A DNA stretch of 64,000 bases, taken from a virus. Below the pieces are notes generated by a model. It was not told where the DNA came from, did no database searches, and worked only from the letters and a program-made list of their open reading frames with translations. The DNA lies in IMG/VR virus record IMGVR_UViG_3300010399_000002, positions 1 through 64,000 of that record; one strand, given 5' to 3'. Both the position numbers and the translations under genes were made by a program. Positions 31,057 to 40,462 of this stretch are shown here, in pieces. How positions within the stretch are numbered: the stretch's first letter is position 1; every line of letters begins with the position of its first letter.

Positions 31057-33843
31057 TTATACCTCGATACGGCTAACTCGATTGGACTTCACTACTGTGA
31101 TCTGTTTGCAGTCCTCGAGTTCTGAAATGATGGACGGCGAATGGGTCGTCAACATAATTGTACCGAACGACCTTGGTATCTTCTTTAGAGCTGAACCTAC
31201 TACTCGAGCATTGTGACTGTCCAAACCCGTACCTGGTTCGTCGAGCACGATCACGTTACATGGTGCAAGCACCTGACGAAGAGCAAAACCAATAATGATA
31301 CTCAACAGTCTGGTCTCACCATTGGACTGATCTAGCAAACCTGCGCCACCTTGAATGTTGGTAACCTGCACGTCGATGTCTGTACCGTCCAACACGAACT
31401 TGACATTGAGTAACCCGTTACAGATCATCTTGGAATACTGCTGAGCTGCGGCATTCAACATGGGACACAGTTGATATGCAAGATGAGCTGGCAAACCTGA
31501 ACGAGACAACACTGAAATACAGTACTCGAGAAATATCTTTTCTCGTTCTGCTTGCCTCAGAGCCTTAGTGATGATTAGTGCCTTCAATGTACTTGACTCG
31601 ATGGTGGCTTGTATCTCAGACTCTATCTTGGCACTGGCCTTAGCCTCCGCTAACTCGGTCTCGTAAAAATGCAAATTGGAACGTGTGTTCTCCCGGATCT
31701 CAATCAACCTGCCGATACGATCCGTCAAAGCTCTGCACTCAGTAAACACACGTTGATACGTATCCTCTGCTTGTGAAACAACCTCAGAAGCTGCATCCAT
31801 CTGCTTCTTTATACTAGCCAATACTCTATTCAACTCTTTCTTCGGACCTTCAATCTCTTTTCCTACTGGACGCAGGCAAGTAGGACAGTCTCCTGTCAGA
31901 CGAAGTAAACGGCTCAACTTGACCTGCGTGTCTGCATAACGTGACTCTAAGGAACCGTGAGTCTTCTCGGCTACACTCAAAGCCTCGTTTACTCGTCTCG
32001 CATCTGCAACTAATCTTGTATCCTTCTTTTGCAAACGTAGTAACTTAGCTGCCAACCTTTTGTGCTTTTCCGTCAGTGACTCAACCTTCTTCTTACACAA
32101 ACCTGTACGCCTGATTGAACCTTCCACAGACTCCAAATGCTTGTTAGCTTCCAAAATTACTGCTAACAACGATTGTTCCTCAGTAAACAGTTCCTGAAAA
32201 CGCTCTTGCAACACAACCGCCTCGGCCTTGACTTCGTCCTGAGCCTTGGTAAAGCGTTCTAAATTGAGGAACTTGCACAAGATGTCTTTCCGTTCTCGAT
32301 CTGAACCTCCGAGTATGCGCGTGACCTCATGTTGGTCAATATACATTACGTTACGCAGCATCTCCCACGTCAAACCGGTCAAGGTCTCGAGTAACGTCTG
32401 CGTACCTTTCATTCCTATACCGGTTGAAACGTCCTTACCTTCAACAGAGAGCTTCAAGCCCTTGGGCTTGCGTCCGCGGAACACCTCACACCTTCGCCCA
32501 CCAGAAATCTCGAACTCCAACTTGACCCACGATGGAGTACCGTCCTTCCGACCTTGCCTCGACCAGGCATCGTGCTGCTGACCTTTGATATTCTTACCGA
32601 ACAACGCAACTGATGGTAACGCCAGAAGATTACTCTTACCTGCCCCGTTTGAAGCTCCGGGCATATCTTCGTTGCGACCCGTCACTAGAGTAATGCCACG
32701 ATGAGTGTAATCTAACTCGAGTTTCTTGAAGCTTAGAAAATTCCGAGCTGTGCCTCGTAGAAGTTTTAGACCTGGCTCCGATCTGATCAACTGTCCTACC
32801 ACAGACAGTTTGTGAAGTATATAAGCAGTAATCTCTTCAACGCGATTCGACAGATCCGGTAATACAGTCTTCCGAACATAGGACTCGATGAGAGCTTTGT
32901 CCGTTGCCCCTTCTACATCAAGATGATCCTTACTGCTGTCTAGGAACTCCGGCACTACAACGATGGACGCCTCAGGATACTTCTTCTCAGCCTGAAGCTT
33001 GGTACGATTGATGAACTGACCTATGTCTGGTACCGACTGATCACAGGCAACATGGACTCGAACTGTGTGACCTTTCCAACTCGATGGTCTTTTGAATCCC
33101 GGTAACGACGGATCGTACAACCTGGACATGTTGGACGAAATAGGCTGAATGGTCTTTGCTGTGGTATCGACTAGTAAGTAACCCTTTCTTTGGTTTGCTT
33201 CTCCCCAATCGTGTACAAACGGTGAACCTACATACCAGACGTTACGGAACGGCACCTGGAACTGTTGCTGAAAATGTATGTGTCCGCCGATTACGTACAA
33301 GAAGCTTTTGGGGCACAAATCCGAAACTCGTATTGGAGCGCCTTTGGCTCTCGTCTGAACGTTGAACCTGCACTGATCGAGTTCGTTGTGAAAAACCAGT
33401 ATGTCTCGATCTGGATTAGACTGTTCTGCAAAAGACTTAGCGGCCTTGATGACCTCCTCACTGTCTGAACTAAACGGTAGAAGATACAACTTACAGACAC
33501 CTGTTTGTAACATGACTGTGTCTGGCCTAGTTATAACGTAGGCACCCGCAGACTCGAGTGCTGGAAACCAGGTATCTGCTGAACTGTGCATCCCCGTTCG
33601 ATCGTGATTACCCATCAGAACTATGAAATGGATGTTACGAGCATTGAAGTACCTGCACGCCCATACCCCAAAGTTTACTACACGTACTCCAACCGGATCG
33701 TAGCTTTGTTTTACATCTCCGCAATGGACCACAACCTTGCAGCCTTCTCGCTTGCAGATTCGAACCAGTTGCTTAACAACAGACTCACAGCGATCCAGAT
33801 TACTATAATCTGCCTGCCAATCCGAACTGAATAGAATCTTCAC
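31057..33843 (-). CDS. Fused SbcD/Mre11 nuclease - SbcC/Rad50 ATPase
   Basis: Metallophosphoesterase motifs (SDWQ, HCGD, GNHD, GHIH), then NGAGKS Walker A, CPTC zinc hook, QSNGE signature, VLDEP, TTH. Confidence 0.9.
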   Translation of the reverse strand: MKILFSSDWQADYSNLDRCESVVKQLVRICKREGCKVVVHCGDVKQSYDPVGVRVVNFGVWACRYFNARNIHFIVLMGNHDRTGMHSSADTWFPALESAGAYVITRPDTVMLQTGVCKLYLLPFSSDSEEVIKAAKSFAEQSNPDRDILVFHNELDQCRFNVQTRAKGAPIRVSDLCPKSFLYVIGGHIHFQQQFQVPFRNVWYVGSPFVHDWGEANQRKGYLLVDTTAKTIQPISSNMSRLYDPSLPGFKRPSSWKGHTVRVHVACDQSVPDIGQFINRTKLQAEKKYPEASIVVVPEFLDSSKDHLDVEGATDKALIESYVRKTVLPDLSNRVEEITAYILHKLSVVGQLIRSEPGLKLLRGTARNFLSFKKLELDYTHRGITLVTGRNEDMPGASNGAGKSNLLALPSVALFGKNIKGQQHDAWSRQGRKDGTPSWVKLEFEISGGRRCEVFRGRKPKGLKLSVEGKDVSTGIGMKGTQTLLETLTGLTWEMLRNVMYIDQHEVTRILGGSDRERKDILCKFLNLERFTKAQDEVKAEAVVLQERFQELFTEEQSLLAVILEANKHLESVEGSIRRTGLCKKKVESLTEKHKRLAAKLLRLQKKDTRLVADARRVNEALSVAEKTHGSLESRYADTQVKLSRLLRLTGDCPTCLRPVGKEIEGPKKELNRVLASIKKQMDAASEVVSQAEDTYQRVFTECRALTDRIGRLIEIRENTRSNLHFYETELAEAKASAKIESEIQATIESSTLKALIITKALRQAEREKIFLEYCISVLSRSGLPAHLAYQLCPMLNAAAQQYSKMICNGLLNVKFVLDGTDIDVQVTNIQGGAGLLDQSNGETRLLSIIIGFALRQVLAPCNVIVLDEPGTGLDSHNARVVGSALKKIPRSFGTIMLTTHSPSIISELEDCKQITVVKSNRVSRIEV

Positions 33844-34080
33844 AACAAGTTCTTCCAGTTCTCGATCTCGTAAACCTTTTCGATGGAGTCTAACTGTTCA
33901 CCTGCATCGTAGACACCTTCAAAATTCCAACCATACCATTCCTTGTTAAAACGGCCGAGATACAACTCACTGTTGCTCACAACAAGATACAACTTGCCTT
34001 TACGGATGTGGGCGTTCTTGTTGGTACCGTTTAGTGGTATTGATTTTAGCTTGATTGCAGCCATGTAAACACCTTTTGGG

Positions 34081-34165
34081 AACTCGTGGGGACTGTCAGG
34101 CACTTGTCTTGCGGTTCAAGTGGTAGTTGGGGATGGTTTTCATAGGCAACTCGTTAGAGAGACTG
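34081..34165. repeat. Tripartite dispersed motif, copy B
   Basis: CTGTCAGGCACT-N14-AGTGGTAGTTGG. Confidence 0.8.
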
Positions 34166-34636
34166 TCACCTCGTATTTACAAATACCTCAACTCGAGCCT
34201 CCGCTACCTTCATACGATCTATCAATCTCTGCACCGCTACCGCTAACAACGGATGACTGATTCCTGTTTGGCTTTCGATGGCAACACTCGTAGCTGCAAT
34301 GTACTCGCGAAGTTCTTTCAACGGATTGCACCAAGTACCTTCACCTGGACGCTGACGGTGTTCCCAAAAGCGCTCACACTCAGACAGGAACTCTTCACGA
34401 CTTGGCAGAGACGTATCTGCTTCGACTCCATCACCAAGCACTGCATACAAACGATCATCGTCCAAATGACAGCGTTGATGACCTTTCTCACCACGATGTT
34501 CTTCTACAGCCTTGCGAAGAGTGATGAAGTCTTCGCACAACTTACTTAAATTTGGCCTCAGTATGGTAGCACCACGACCAACCCATTCCGACAACTCTTC
34601 AACTTGATCTATGGTAAACATCAAGACTCCTTCCAC
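34166..34636 (-). CDS. Hypothetical protein
   Basis: 156-aa ORF in operon. Confidence 0.65.
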   Translation of the reverse strand: MEGVLMFTIDQVEELSEWVGRGATILRPNLSKLCEDFITLRKAVEEHRGEKGHQRCHLDDDRLYAVLGDGVEADTSLPSREEFLSECERFWEHRQRPGEGTWCNPLKELREYIAATSVAIESQTGISHPLLAVAVQRLIDRMKVAEARVEVFVNTR

Positions 34637-34836
34637 CTCTTACCGTGCCTGATCTCAGATACGTGACCTGGATTTAGATGAAGCTTTTTGGCCAATGCCT
34701 TCGTACCGAGATCACTCGTACGAATCATTTGTACCATTTCCAAATTTATCTTGGCACTCGGATTCCTTGCGCCTTTGTGTCTGTATGCCTTACTCGGCCA
34801 CGGAGACAGATTCACCTTAAAACCTCCCGCACGCAC
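34621..34836 (-). CDS. HTH fragment resembling the C-terminus of HNH homing endonucleases
   Basis: KGARNPSAKIN...LAKKLHLNPGHVSEIRHGKRWK; no HNH core. Confidence 0.55.
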   Translation of the reverse strand: MRAGGFKVNLSPWPSKAYRHKGARNPSAKINLEMVQMIRTSDLGTKALAKKLHLNPGHVSEIRHGKRWKES

Positions 34837-35797
34837 GATAAAGAGCGGACACTACCTTAACATGAAGTACAAAATCATCGGGTGCCCAAGCATTGGCTAA
34901 CTCATCGATACATCGAGCAACGTCGACAAGTTTAGCCGACGGCTTGGGATTCAACAGAATACTGCGCAAGTAACCCAAAGCTGCGGCCCGCAGCGCCTTG
35001 GCATCTTCTGCACTGGAATTTTGGATCTCGCGTCGAACTGCTGGCCAGTCACCTCGCAACATGGACTGACAAACTCGCAACGTATCAATCGCGCAATCTG
35101 TACCTCGTATCGCTGACTCTGGATCTTCACCGGCCGCGTACTTCTCAAGTGCATTCAACAACAAACCGGGAGACGAGAGACCTTGTTGATTAGCTTGCTC
35201 GATCAGCAACCCTATCTCGCGTTTCAACGAAATCTTATCGGCTGCGTACGTCAAGAACTTCTCTACGTCTGTAGGACGCAGCGCCTGCATCGTGTAGACC
35301 ATACAACGACGACGTAGCGTACGAAGGATCTTGTCCGGCTCGGTCGTGCACACGATCCAAACTGTCGTTCTGGGAGCTTCCTCAAAATACTTGAGTAACA
35401 GATTCTGTGCGGCTGAAGATATTCGCTGCGCTTCGTCAAGTATATAGACCCGACGACGAGTCGGAGATATAGGCGCATACTGCGATCCAACTGCTATCTC
35501 ACGAATGTCGTCGACACCGGATATGTCCCCGGCATTGATCTCATGGATCTGGAACTTACTGCTGTTCTTGAGACACAGACTGCACGGATCACCAAACTCG
35601 TTATGAGTGCAATTCAAACTCGTAGCTAGTATCCTGGCAATGGTAGTCTTGCCCGATCCGCTTTGCCCGATGAACATCCAAGCTCTGGGCATGCGTCCGG
35701 TAGCAGCCTGAGACTTGATGGCTGCAATAACCTTTGACTGGCCGTACAAGCCTTTAAATGATCTCGGCCTGAGAGATAAAGCTAAGACTCTAGTCAT
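34817..35797 (-). CDS. DnaX-like clamp loader AAA+ subunit
   Basis: LRPRSF, GQSGSGKTT, C...PCSLC, EINA, ILDEAQ, AQNLLLK..EE, RRRC. Confidence 0.9.
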   Translation of the reverse strand: MTRVLALSLRPRSFKGLYGQSKVIAAIKSQAATGRMPRAWMFIGQSGSGKTTIARILATSLNCTHNEFGDPCSLCLKNSSKFQIHEINAGDISGVDDIREIAVGSQYAPISPTRRRVYILDEAQRISSAAQNLLLKYFEEAPRTTVWIVCTTEPDKILRTLRRRCMVYTMQALRPTDVEKFLTYAADKISLKREIGLLIEQANQQGLSSPGLLLNALEKYAAGEDPESAIRGTDCAIDTLRVCQSMLRGDWPAVRREIQNSSAEDAKALRAAALGYLRSILLNPKPSAKLVDVARCIDELANAWAPDDFVLHVKVVSALYRACGRF

Positions 35798-35990
35798 TGG
35801 AATGAGGTGCTAGGTATCCTTTGGGCTCGTCCACCTTTGGCTTATTGTCTTCTAAACACGCATACACTAACAAACACAAAAACGAAAACGCCAGCCAATA
35901 CTCGACCCTAACCGGATAACCGTGTACAAAAGAACCTGCTAACGCTCGACTGAAAGCTGCAATGCCTAACCATCTCAAAGTGTACATGTC

Positions 35991-36842
35991 TCAACCTCTC
36001 TTGGAAATCAAAACTCGATCTGGATGTCTCCAGTATCTGCGAAAAAAGTGCTTAGTGGAAAATCGTGTGCGCCCGCCTTTACCGGACTGAAGTATTAAAC
36101 CGTGTTGGCCGTAGCGACCTAGAAACATCTTTCGAGACAACTCCATCATCTCTTTACCGCCGGAACGCCTGGACTCCTCTAGAGTCTTTATGGTCGTATA
36201 CTTACCAGATACAACCTCACGCAAAACAACTGTGGTACAAACGTAACAAGCCCAACCGGCTATAACTGCATCTGCTACAAACATACCGTCCTCGCCGGCG
36301 AAGCCTTTATCCAAAGTCTCTTGAAAGAAAATCTTGTCTTTCGAAACCGGACGGCGCAGAACGTACATGGAACCTTTGATAGATAGCCCGCACTTACGAA
36401 GCTCTATATTTTTTCTGTACAACGGATCTGTCAACCTCTTACTAAACGGTTCGTTTCTCGGGTCTAATGGAACCCAAATGTCTACACCAGACCAACGAGC
36501 GGAAAACTTTTGCATATGTGCAAAGATCGTAGGCCCATCCTGGTGCTGGTACAGCATTGCATCGTTGTCTAACAACAATCCCCACTCATCTGAACTCCTG
36601 TAAAACTCTTTAAGCAACTCGTTACGAGCAAAACCTGGCAGAAGTAGTGGGCTACTCTTGGAACGAACCTTGTAGACTGGTCCTTTGCGAAACCATTCTT
36701 CTTTGTAACGCTGAGCTAGAATATGAACAGGACTTTTGGGAAGCACTTGACTAAGCCACTTCAACTGAATGTCGTGCTCACGTACGCGACGTTCTTGTAC
36801 TGCAGGATCTTCACCCATGTACGAGATAATCATGACTCGCAT
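35991..36842 (-). CDS. GT-A fold glycosyltransferase-like protein
   Basis: IISY start, ARNELL, LLLDNDA (DxD), GEDGMF. Confidence 0.6.
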   Translation of the reverse strand: MRVMIISYMGEDPAVQERRVREHDIQLKWLSQVLPKSPVHILAQRYKEEWFRKGPVYKVRSKSSPLLLPGFARNELLKEFYRSSDEWGLLLDNDAMLYQHQDGPTIFAHMQKFSARWSGVDIWVPLDPRNEPFSKRLTDPLYRKNIELRKCGLSIKGSMYVLRRPVSKDKIFFQETLDKGFAGEDGMFVADAVIAGWACYVCTTVVLREVVSGKYTTIKTLEESRRSGGKEMMELSRKMFLGRYGQHGLILQSGKGGRTRFSTKHFFRRYWRHPDRVLISKRG

Positions 36843-37790
36843 TTAGCTTGATCCTTTCTCTTCGGCTTTCAACATGGCTGCGTCCACCCACTTAGTACTA
36901 CGCTTACCGTCAAAGTAGATCTTGTAGCCGCACCTGCTACCTTCCACACCGCCGGCCTTGTTCTTCAGATTGGTAATGATGCCCTTTAAACCAACGATCT
37001 TGCCGGACTTCATTAACCGCCCACCTTTTGTCCTGCGTACAATGGAACGGATATGACAATAGAATTTCAAAGCCTTTCCTCCGGGCGTATACTCGGGATT
37101 ACCGAACGCCACACCTGGAGCAATGCGTACTTGGTTGATAAAGACTCCTAACACATTGTATGACTCGAAAAGACCTGTCCAGCGGCGCAGCAACTTACCG
37201 AGAAACTGAGGTAAGGCCATTTGCGTACGCATGTTTTGTCCGGATACACCGGCAGCAGCCTCGATCTCCGTCAACAATGCTACTACTGAATCGGTGACCA
37301 GAAAAATCTTCTCTATACCCCGATGGTGCTTGCGAGACATGAGGAGCTCTACTTCTTCACACAACTCTTCGGCTGTGCTTAAACGAACTTGACCTTTAAC
37401 GTCACCTTCCTCTTCCTCACTAACCTCGGCCTGTCTCTTCTTAGACTTACGTGCAAACTTACCTACATACGGATGAACTACCACAACCTGACTTGTATCC
37501 AAACCACGAAGCTTACACCACGTCTCATCATACGAGTTCTCGGCATCAAACCATATTACTTCAGCTCCATCTTGTTGTGCTAAAGCAGCTAACTCTAGAG
37601 CTATAGCTGTTTTGCCGTGAGACTCGTGTCCGGAAAGTTCGACCATCTTACCGTATGGAATACCGCGTGGGGAGCCCAAAGCGATATTCAACTCCGGACT
37701 CCCTGTATCGAGCCAGCACTTAGGGGCCCAATCGGTCGTGTAGTGCTTCAGCTTCTTACGAATAAGCGCCAGCTCTTTCGCGGCATCCAT
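36843..37790 (-). CDS. recA: RecA/UvsX-like recombinase
   Basis: GIPYG, GHESHGKT, DAEN, TDSV, FINQVR, TPGGKALKFY. Confidence 0.93.
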   Translation of the reverse strand: MDAAKELALIRKKLKHYTTDWAPKCWLDTGSPELNIALGSPRGIPYGKMVELSGHESHGKTAIALELAALAQQDGAEVIWFDAENSYDETWCKLRGLDTSQVVVVHPYVGKFARKSKKRQAEVSEEEEGDVKGQVRLSTAEELCEEVELLMSRKHHRGIEKIFLVTDSVVALLTEIEAAAGVSGQNMRTQMALPQFLGKLLRRWTGLFESYNVLGVFINQVRIAPGVAFGNPEYTPGGKALKFYCHIRSIVRRTKGGRLMKSGKIVGLKGIITNLKNKAGGVEGSRCGYKIYFDGKRSTKWVDAAMLKAEEKGSS

Positions 37791-37792
37791 GA

Positions 37793-39010
37793 CTATTTCC
37801 TCACCTTCTTCTTGACTACCTTCTTCTTGGGAGGCTCCTCTTCCTCGTCGTCTTCTTCCGACTCTTCTTCCGGTTCCTCTTCTTCCTCGTCCTCTTCTTC
37901 GTCCTCGTCCTTAGCTACCTTCTTTTTTGGCTTCGGACCGGGTTTCTTTTTCTTGGGAGGCTCTTCCTCTTCTTCATCTTCTTCTTCGTCTTCTTCGGGT
38001 TCCTCTTCTTCCTCGTCCTCTGACTCTTCGTCTTCCGGCTCAGGTTTCTTTTTCTTCTTTACTGGTTTCTTCTTGGACAGAGGCTCTTCCTCATCTTCTT
38101 CATCCTCATCTTCGTCTTCTTCTGGTTCCTCTTCCTCGTCCTCTGACTCTTCGTCTTCCTCCTCGTCCTTAGCTACCTTCTTTTTTGGCTTCGGACCGGG
38201 TTTCTTTTTCTTGGGAGGCTCTTCCTCTTCTTCATCTTCTTCTTCGATTTCTTCCTCACTCTCGTCTTCTTCTTCGTCTTCTTCTGGCTCAGGTTTGGCC
38301 TTACCTTTCACTTTCTTCTTGGACTTGTCATCTTCGTCTTCGTCTAAATCTTCGGTGTCTACATCACGACCGTAATACGCGGCCTTCTGCACTTCCTCGT
38401 CGTAGGCATCGATGAGATTGTCGATAGGCTTCAACGACGCCATAATGGTCTTCGGAACGGCAGACGGATCGTCGTCCGGCTCGATGGTCCCGTACCGAGT
38501 GTTCTTCCAATCCGTACCAGTACGAGACAGGTTGATATTGCGACCCTTCTTAGCATCACTGTAGTCCTTCTTTGTACTGGACAGCAAAGCCAACACCGCA
38601 GTACTGAGAGATCGAGCTCCGCCGGTGGATACAAACCAGAGCAACGGGCCGCGCCACTTATCGGAGGCCTGATCAAGATAGATAACTTGGACAACGAACT
38701 GTTCTTTCGGCGCGAGTGCTTTTGCGATATTGATCTTGGCCCGCTTCTTGGATTTCTCCAGTGCGGGAATGATCTCATCGCACAACCAGCACTCGCCTTC
38801 CTTGGTATCGAACTCCTTCCCGCAACGGGCCATCTTCTTATCCGGACCAACGTCGCGATGAACGAGATACTCTGTGTACGGGGCATATTCCGGCCCTCGC
38901 GGATCGGGAAGGATACGAAACGTGTTCTCTCCCTCAGTCAGTTTGTACGTTTTGCCTTGAGACTTCTCACGTACTCTGTCCTTCGCCTTGTCTTTCCAAC
39001 TACTGGCCAT
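37793..39010 (-). CDS. gp32-like single-stranded DNA-binding protein with ~190-aa E/K block tail
   Basis: GENTFRILP, C...CWLC, GRNINLSRTG...TRY; lies between recA and a UvsY-like gene. Confidence 0.75.
   Translation of the reverse strand: MASSWKDKAKDRVREKSQGKTYKLTEGENTFRILPDPRGPEYAPYTEYLVHRDVGPDKKMARCGKEFDTKEGECWLCDEIIPALEKSKKRAKINIAKALAPKEQFVVQVIYLDQASDKWRGPLLWFVSTGGARSLSTAVLALLSSTKKDYSDAKKGRNINLSRTGTDWKNTRYGTIEPDDDPSAVPKTIMASLKPIDNLIDAYDEEVQKAAYYGRDVDTEDLDEDEDDKSKKKVKGKAKPEPEEDEEEDESEEEIEEEDEEEEEPPKKKKPGPKPKKKVAKDEEEDEESEDEEEEPEEDEDEDEEDEEEPLSKKKPVKKKKKPEPEDEESEDEEEEEPEEDEEEDEEEEEPPKKKKPGPKPKKKVAKDEDEEEDEEEEEPEEESEEDDEEEEPPKKKVVKKKVRK
37903..38246. repeat. 86-bp perfect direct repeat (37903-37988 and 38161-38246) in the SSB tail
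   Basis: Base-by-base comparison. Confidence 0.95.
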
Positions 39011-39237
39011 CTTGTCTGGTATTATCTCCTTTTCAACGTTGTCTTGCTAACTCGACTGTTACCTTACTGGCCTCTGTAACCGTGTAACCTTCGTTGTCAG
39101 TGAAATCGAGTGTTACCTCGACCAGATGATTTTCAACCCGCTCTTCCCACGTTGGTGCGGTGTCGCGAAACGTAACGTCAGCTGGAACCGTGAACTTGAC
39201 CTGCCGAATTACATCATCCTTACTGGCTGCCACAAAA

Positions 39238-39660
39238 TCACCTCCCCCCTGAAGCAATATGTTCTGCACGTTTTTCTGAAGCAATCTTAGCCGCTGCTTC
39301 CCAACTGTTTGCCCAGATGGGCTCGACACGGTACAACAAACCTTTATACGTACCACCATCAAACTCGCTAGACTCAACCTCTATGGGCACATTCTCAACA
39401 TTCTCAATGTCCTCTTCATATTCCATATTCTCAACACGTGTACAACACGAGCCTTTAAGATCTGGTGGATAGATTATAACTCGAAAACATGCCTTGCCTC
39501 GCTGCACCCACGACGGAGTCTTATTCAACTTCCACACCTCAATGGCTCGATCGACATCGCCAAGCAGATTCATAAATGCCTTAGCTTTTTCTTCGTCATC
39601 GAAAATGCCCCGGATCTGGTAATCGCTGTACGAACCTTGCGTTACAACGTAGAGCTTCAT
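39238..39660 (-). CDS. Hypothetical phage protein
   Basis: KLYVVTQGSYSDYQIRGIF..EEKA N-terminus, typical of small phage proteins. Confidence 0.7.
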   Translation of the reverse strand: MKLYVVTQGSYSDYQIRGIFDDEEKAKAFMNLLGDVDRAIEVWKLNKTPSWVQRGKACFRVIIYPPDLKGSCCTRVENMEYEEDIENVENVPIEVESSEFDGGTYKGLLYRVEPIWANSWEAAAKIASEKRAEHIASGGR

Positions 39661-40151
39661 AACTTGCCTCCCGGATACTTGGCCTTCACCTTCTTGCGAA
39701 GATTGGCCAAATTATCAAAATCGGATTCTTGCAAACGCCCGGCCATGGCGTTCTCAATACCCATGACCTCTTGCACAACTCGCAACGCGGCGGCTCGCTG
39801 CCTGTAAGCCTCTACCAGCAACCTGGAGAACTCGTCGTACTCGGTAGCAGTAGCTACTGCGGCATCGGCCTCTTTGTATTCCCGCTTACCGTATAGCCTA
39901 GCCTGAATCAAGCCTTCGGTTATTCGCGTATCTCCACCTAGAGCTTTCAGATTGGCCCGTATTCTAAGAGACAGAGACGCAGCCACTTCTTTCAAACGAG
40001 ACTCCGCCCGAATACGTTCTCTGAGCTTTCGCACACGGTACCGAGAGGCATTGATAAATAGACGCGGTTGTTCCTTAGCTGCGTCTACAACTCGCTCTTC
40101 GGAAAAATCTAATGCGTTGATTAGTTCTTCGAGATTGATCTTCGTGTCCAC
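39657..40151 (-). CDS. UvsY-like recombination mediator (helical)
   Basis: QPRLF, RITEGLI...Y...LVEAYRQR pattern; near SSB and RecA; GTG start at 40151. Confidence 0.55.
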   Translation of the reverse strand: MDTKINLEELINALDFSEERVVDAAKEQPRLFINASRYRVRKLRERIRAESRLKEVAASLSLRIRANLKALGGDTRITEGLIQARLYGKREYKEADAAVATATEYDEFSRLLVEAYRQRAAALRVVQEVMGIENAMAGRLQESDFDNLANLRKKVKAKYPGGKL

Positions 40152-40188
40152 TGGACTGACTCGTTTCTTCGATGGATTTGAATTATAC

Positions 40189-40458
40189 CTAATTTGCCTG
40201 GCCCAACCTGCGTACCTCAGCAGCCAATTCAAAATTTGCCTGGCCCAACCTGCGTACCTCAGCAGCCAATTCAAAAGCATCCAATTCTGGTGCGGAGAGA
40301 ACTGCTACCACCACTCCATTCTTCGTAATAGAAAAGCACTTTCCCATCTGAGCCTGTAGCAGAATGTCACCTGGAGTACGACGAAAATCCATTGCTGTAA
40401 TGGTCTCTTGTTGCCCAGTAAGATCTATACTTTTAGTCAAAGGCTTTCTCATCTGCAA
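40189..40458 (-). CDS. Phd/YefM antitoxin-like protein
   Basis: ITAMDFRRTPGDIL...GKCFSITKNGVVVAVL. Confidence 0.65.
   Translation of the reverse strand: MQMRKPLTKSIDLTGQQETITAMDFRRTPGDILLQAQMGKCFSITKNGVVVAVLSAPELDAFELAAEVRRLGQANFELAAEVRRLGQAN
40191..40276. repeat. 42-bp perfect tandem duplication
   Basis: AATTTGCCTGGCCCAACCTGCGTACCTCAGCAGCCAATTCAA twice; duplicates FELAAEVRRLGQAN. Confidence 0.95.
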
Positions 40459-40462
40459 CTCC

